This document shows, one piece after another, positions 62,138 to 64,000 of a stretch of DNA of 64,000 nt. The translations under genes were made by a program, and so were the position numbers. The DNA is from an uncultured Chloroflexia bacterium (GTDB lineage Bacteria > Chloroflexota > UBA6077 > JACCZL01), in the NCBI GenBank assembly GCA_963765765.1, contig CAVXYC010000032.1, positions 192,001 through 256,000 on the forward strand, read 5' to 3'. Each line of letters begins with the position of its first letter. Positions within the stretch are counted from its first letter, which is position 1. The notes under the pieces were generated by a model. That model was not told where the DNA came from. It made no database searches and saw only the letters and a program-made list of their open reading frames with translations.

Positions 62138-63394
62138 TTAAGCCGGCGCGCGGGTACTTGGCGCGTTCGCCAATGGTAAAGAGACAGTGAACGTCGTCCC
62201 ATGTCCAGGTGTGCTTTGAACCAAGAGTCCGCCGCCGTGCGCCTCGACAATCCCCCGGACGATATGCAATCCCAGCCCCGTGCCCTTTGGCGCGTCTCCG
62301 GAACCTTCGGCTACCAGCCTGACGTGCGGCTCGAATATCGACTCGATGCGGTCCGCCGGGATGCCGGGTCCTTCATCACTCACAGTCATACACGCTTGCG
62401 AGCCTTCGGACAACACGCGTACTCGGATTGCTCCAGTCGGAGCGTATTTGACGGCATTCTCAAGGAGGTTCGAGACCACCTGGGCAATGCGTTCTGGGTC
62501 GCCCATCACGAGCAGTGCGTCCGGGGAATCAAAGTGGAACACTTGCCCGTTGTAGCGGGCCCGCGCTACCTCTATTTCCTCCTGGACAACTTCCACAAGG
62601 TCAACCACGTGTTGATGCATGTCGAACCGACCCGCCGCGACTCGCGCGGCATCGGTTAGGTCTTCCACGAGGCGCGCGACTCGCCGCGCTTCCGAGATAA
62701 TGACGGTTCGCGCCCGCGCTTGCCGCTCCTGAGACACTTTTGTCCTGCCCAGGAGCTCCGCGTAGCCAGTGATGGCTGTGAGCGGCCCCATCAGCTCGTG
62801 CGCGACCATCGAGACAAACTCGTCACGCTCGCGATTGGCCTCCTCTAATTGGGCGAGGGCGTCATTGAGTGCGGCCCGTGAGGCCTGTTCCCTACCAAAA
62901 AGCTCTGCCTTCGTCTGATTCGCGGCACGCAGCTCATCTGCGCGCTGCTGTACGCAATCAGCTAATTCCGCGGCGTGTCGCTCCAGGAATGATTTCTCCT
63001 CTTGCACCTGGCGGCTGAGGCGATGCAGCTGAATCGCATGACTCAAGGAAGCCACAAAGTAGTCACGGTCGATAGGCTTCTGAATGTAATCGTGTGCACC
63101 GCCGCGCAATGCTTCAATTGCCAGGTCGTGCTCACCATGGCCCGTGATTAGCAAGACTGGAGCGTCCGGCCGAAGCTTACGAATCTCGGCCAGAAGTTGG
63201 AGGCCGTCCATGCCGGGCATCTTGATATCAACGACGATTGCATCGTAGTCCGTGGCAGCGATGCGATCGAGTGCCAGTGTCGCCGAATCGCACGTATCCA
63301 CGGCTGCCTGCTCCATACGCAGACGAAGAGTCTCAGACAATGCTTCCAGCAGTACCGTGTCGTCGTCAACGAGGACAATTCGGGTTTGATTCAT
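62138..63394 (-). CDS. Hybrid REC-histidine kinase
   Basis: LVDDD...VDIKMPGMDG...KP; VAHELMGP; NLLENAVKY; DEGPGI; GTGLGL. Confidence 0.93.
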   Translation of the reverse strand: MNQTRIVLVDDDTVLLEALSETLRLRMEQAAVDTCDSATLALDRIAATDYDAIVVDIKMPGMDGLQLLAEIRKLRPDAPVLLITGHGEHDLAIEALRGGAHDYIQKPIDRDYFVASLSHAIQLHRLSRQVQEEKSFLERHAAELADCVQQRADELRAANQTKAELFGREQASRAALNDALAQLEEANRERDEFVSMVAHELMGPLTAITGYAELLGRTKVSQERQARARTVIISEARRVARLVEDLTDAARVAAGRFDMHQHVVDLVEVVQEEIEVARARYNGQVFHFDSPDALLVMGDPERIAQVVSNLLENAVKYAPTGAIRVRVLSEGSQACMTVSDEGPGIPADRIESIFEPHVRLVAEGSGDAPKGTGLGLHIVRGIVEAHGGGLLVQSTPGHGTTFTVSLPLANAPSTRAPA

Positions 63395-64000
63395 GCCAGT
63401 GCTTGCACGGGCTGTTCTGCGTCGGACAGCGGGAGCTCGATGACGAAGGCGACACCTTCACCGGGATGGTTGTCAATGCGAATTGTCCCTTGATGATCAT
63501 GGACGATTCCGTAAGTGATGGAAAGTCCCAAGCCAGTCCCCTCGCCGACTTCCTTTGTTGTGAAGAACGGATCGAACACACGCTGCTCGATTTCTGGAGA
63601 GATCCCGTGGCCAGAGTCACGTACAGACAGCAATACCTTCCCGTCTTCCACGCCGGAAGCGATAACGATGAGCTTACGCGTCTGGTCGGTCAGCACATCT
63701 CGTGCGTTGGTCAGTAGATTAAGAATCACTTGCTCCAACTGGATGGAGTTGCCGATCACGATTGGGTTCTCGGGGGAAAGGCTCAGTTGCGTTGTAATGT
63801 CTCGAAGCCGCAGCTGCTCTTGTATTAAGGAGAGCGCGCTCTCGATCACTCCATTCACCGACACAGCCTCCCGGCTTACCGGCGTCGCACGTCCGAACGT
63901 GCGAAGGTGGGAGATGATCTGCGCTGACTTATTGACCTGCTCCATGGCGCGTCGCAGATCGCGCGTGATGCGCTCCTTGTCTGGGTTGCCTAGCTCGATG
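63391..64000 (-). CDS. NtrB/DctB-type histidine kinase, C-terminal part (runs off the window)
   Basis: QLEQVILNLLTNA, DSGHGI, FDPFFTTK.VGEGTGLGLSI.YGIV; ATGA overlap with the next gene. Confidence 0.9.
   Translation of the reverse strand, partial: IELGNPDKERITRDLRRAMEQVNKSAQIISHLRTFGRATPVSREAVSVNGVIESALSLIQEQLRLRDITTQLSLSPENPIVIGNSIQLEQVILNLLTNARDVLTDQTRKLIVIASGVEDGKVLLSVRDSGHGISPEIEQRVFDPFFTTKEVGEGTGLGLSITYGIVHDHQGTIRIDNHPGEGVAFVIELPLSDAEQPVQALA

Noticed and set aside
1-64000. CRISPR array, rRNA, tRNA, integrase or retron/RT
   Set aside because: No regularly spaced direct repeats or recognisable signatures found by eye

Overview
GC-rich bacterial window. The gene content (F420-type enzymes, STAND-LuxR regulators, many receiver domains, characteristic REP-like palindromes) suggests a soil Chloroflexota-like genome, but this is inference. 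About 1-11.3 kb is housekeeping/metabolic (ychF, VOC, cupin, PPOX, PlsC, GT4/methyltransferase, TmpR-like SDR, SH3 protein, Rieske oxygenase). About 11.7-52 kb is a mosaic accessory island dominated by signal transduction. It holds six paralogous stand-alone GAF-LuxR regulators, three copies of an unrecognised ~80-aa 'IxLAD' domain, and several other paralogous microprotein pairs. It also holds a KaiC-like ATPase-REC operon, a stand-alone CheB C-terminal Zn-finger-like protein, an HTH-MEDS-PAS protein, a MalT-like regulator, and an RsbU_N-histidine kinase cleanly split by an ISAs1 element. Mobile DNA includes an ISKra4-type IS, an IS5/IS1182-ended unit carrying a CPBP protease, MITEs and truncated gene relics. 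About 52-64 kb has DJ-1, a NarX/NarL-type pair, an acyl-CoA dehydrogenase, a cyclase-STAND-LuxR protein, a PASTA protein and two kinases. Many genes carry 1-bp frameshifts, most likely long-read assembly errors, so they are not called pseudogenes. No rRNA, tRNA or CRISPR array was seen. All family calls come from motif recognition by eye, not from database searches.
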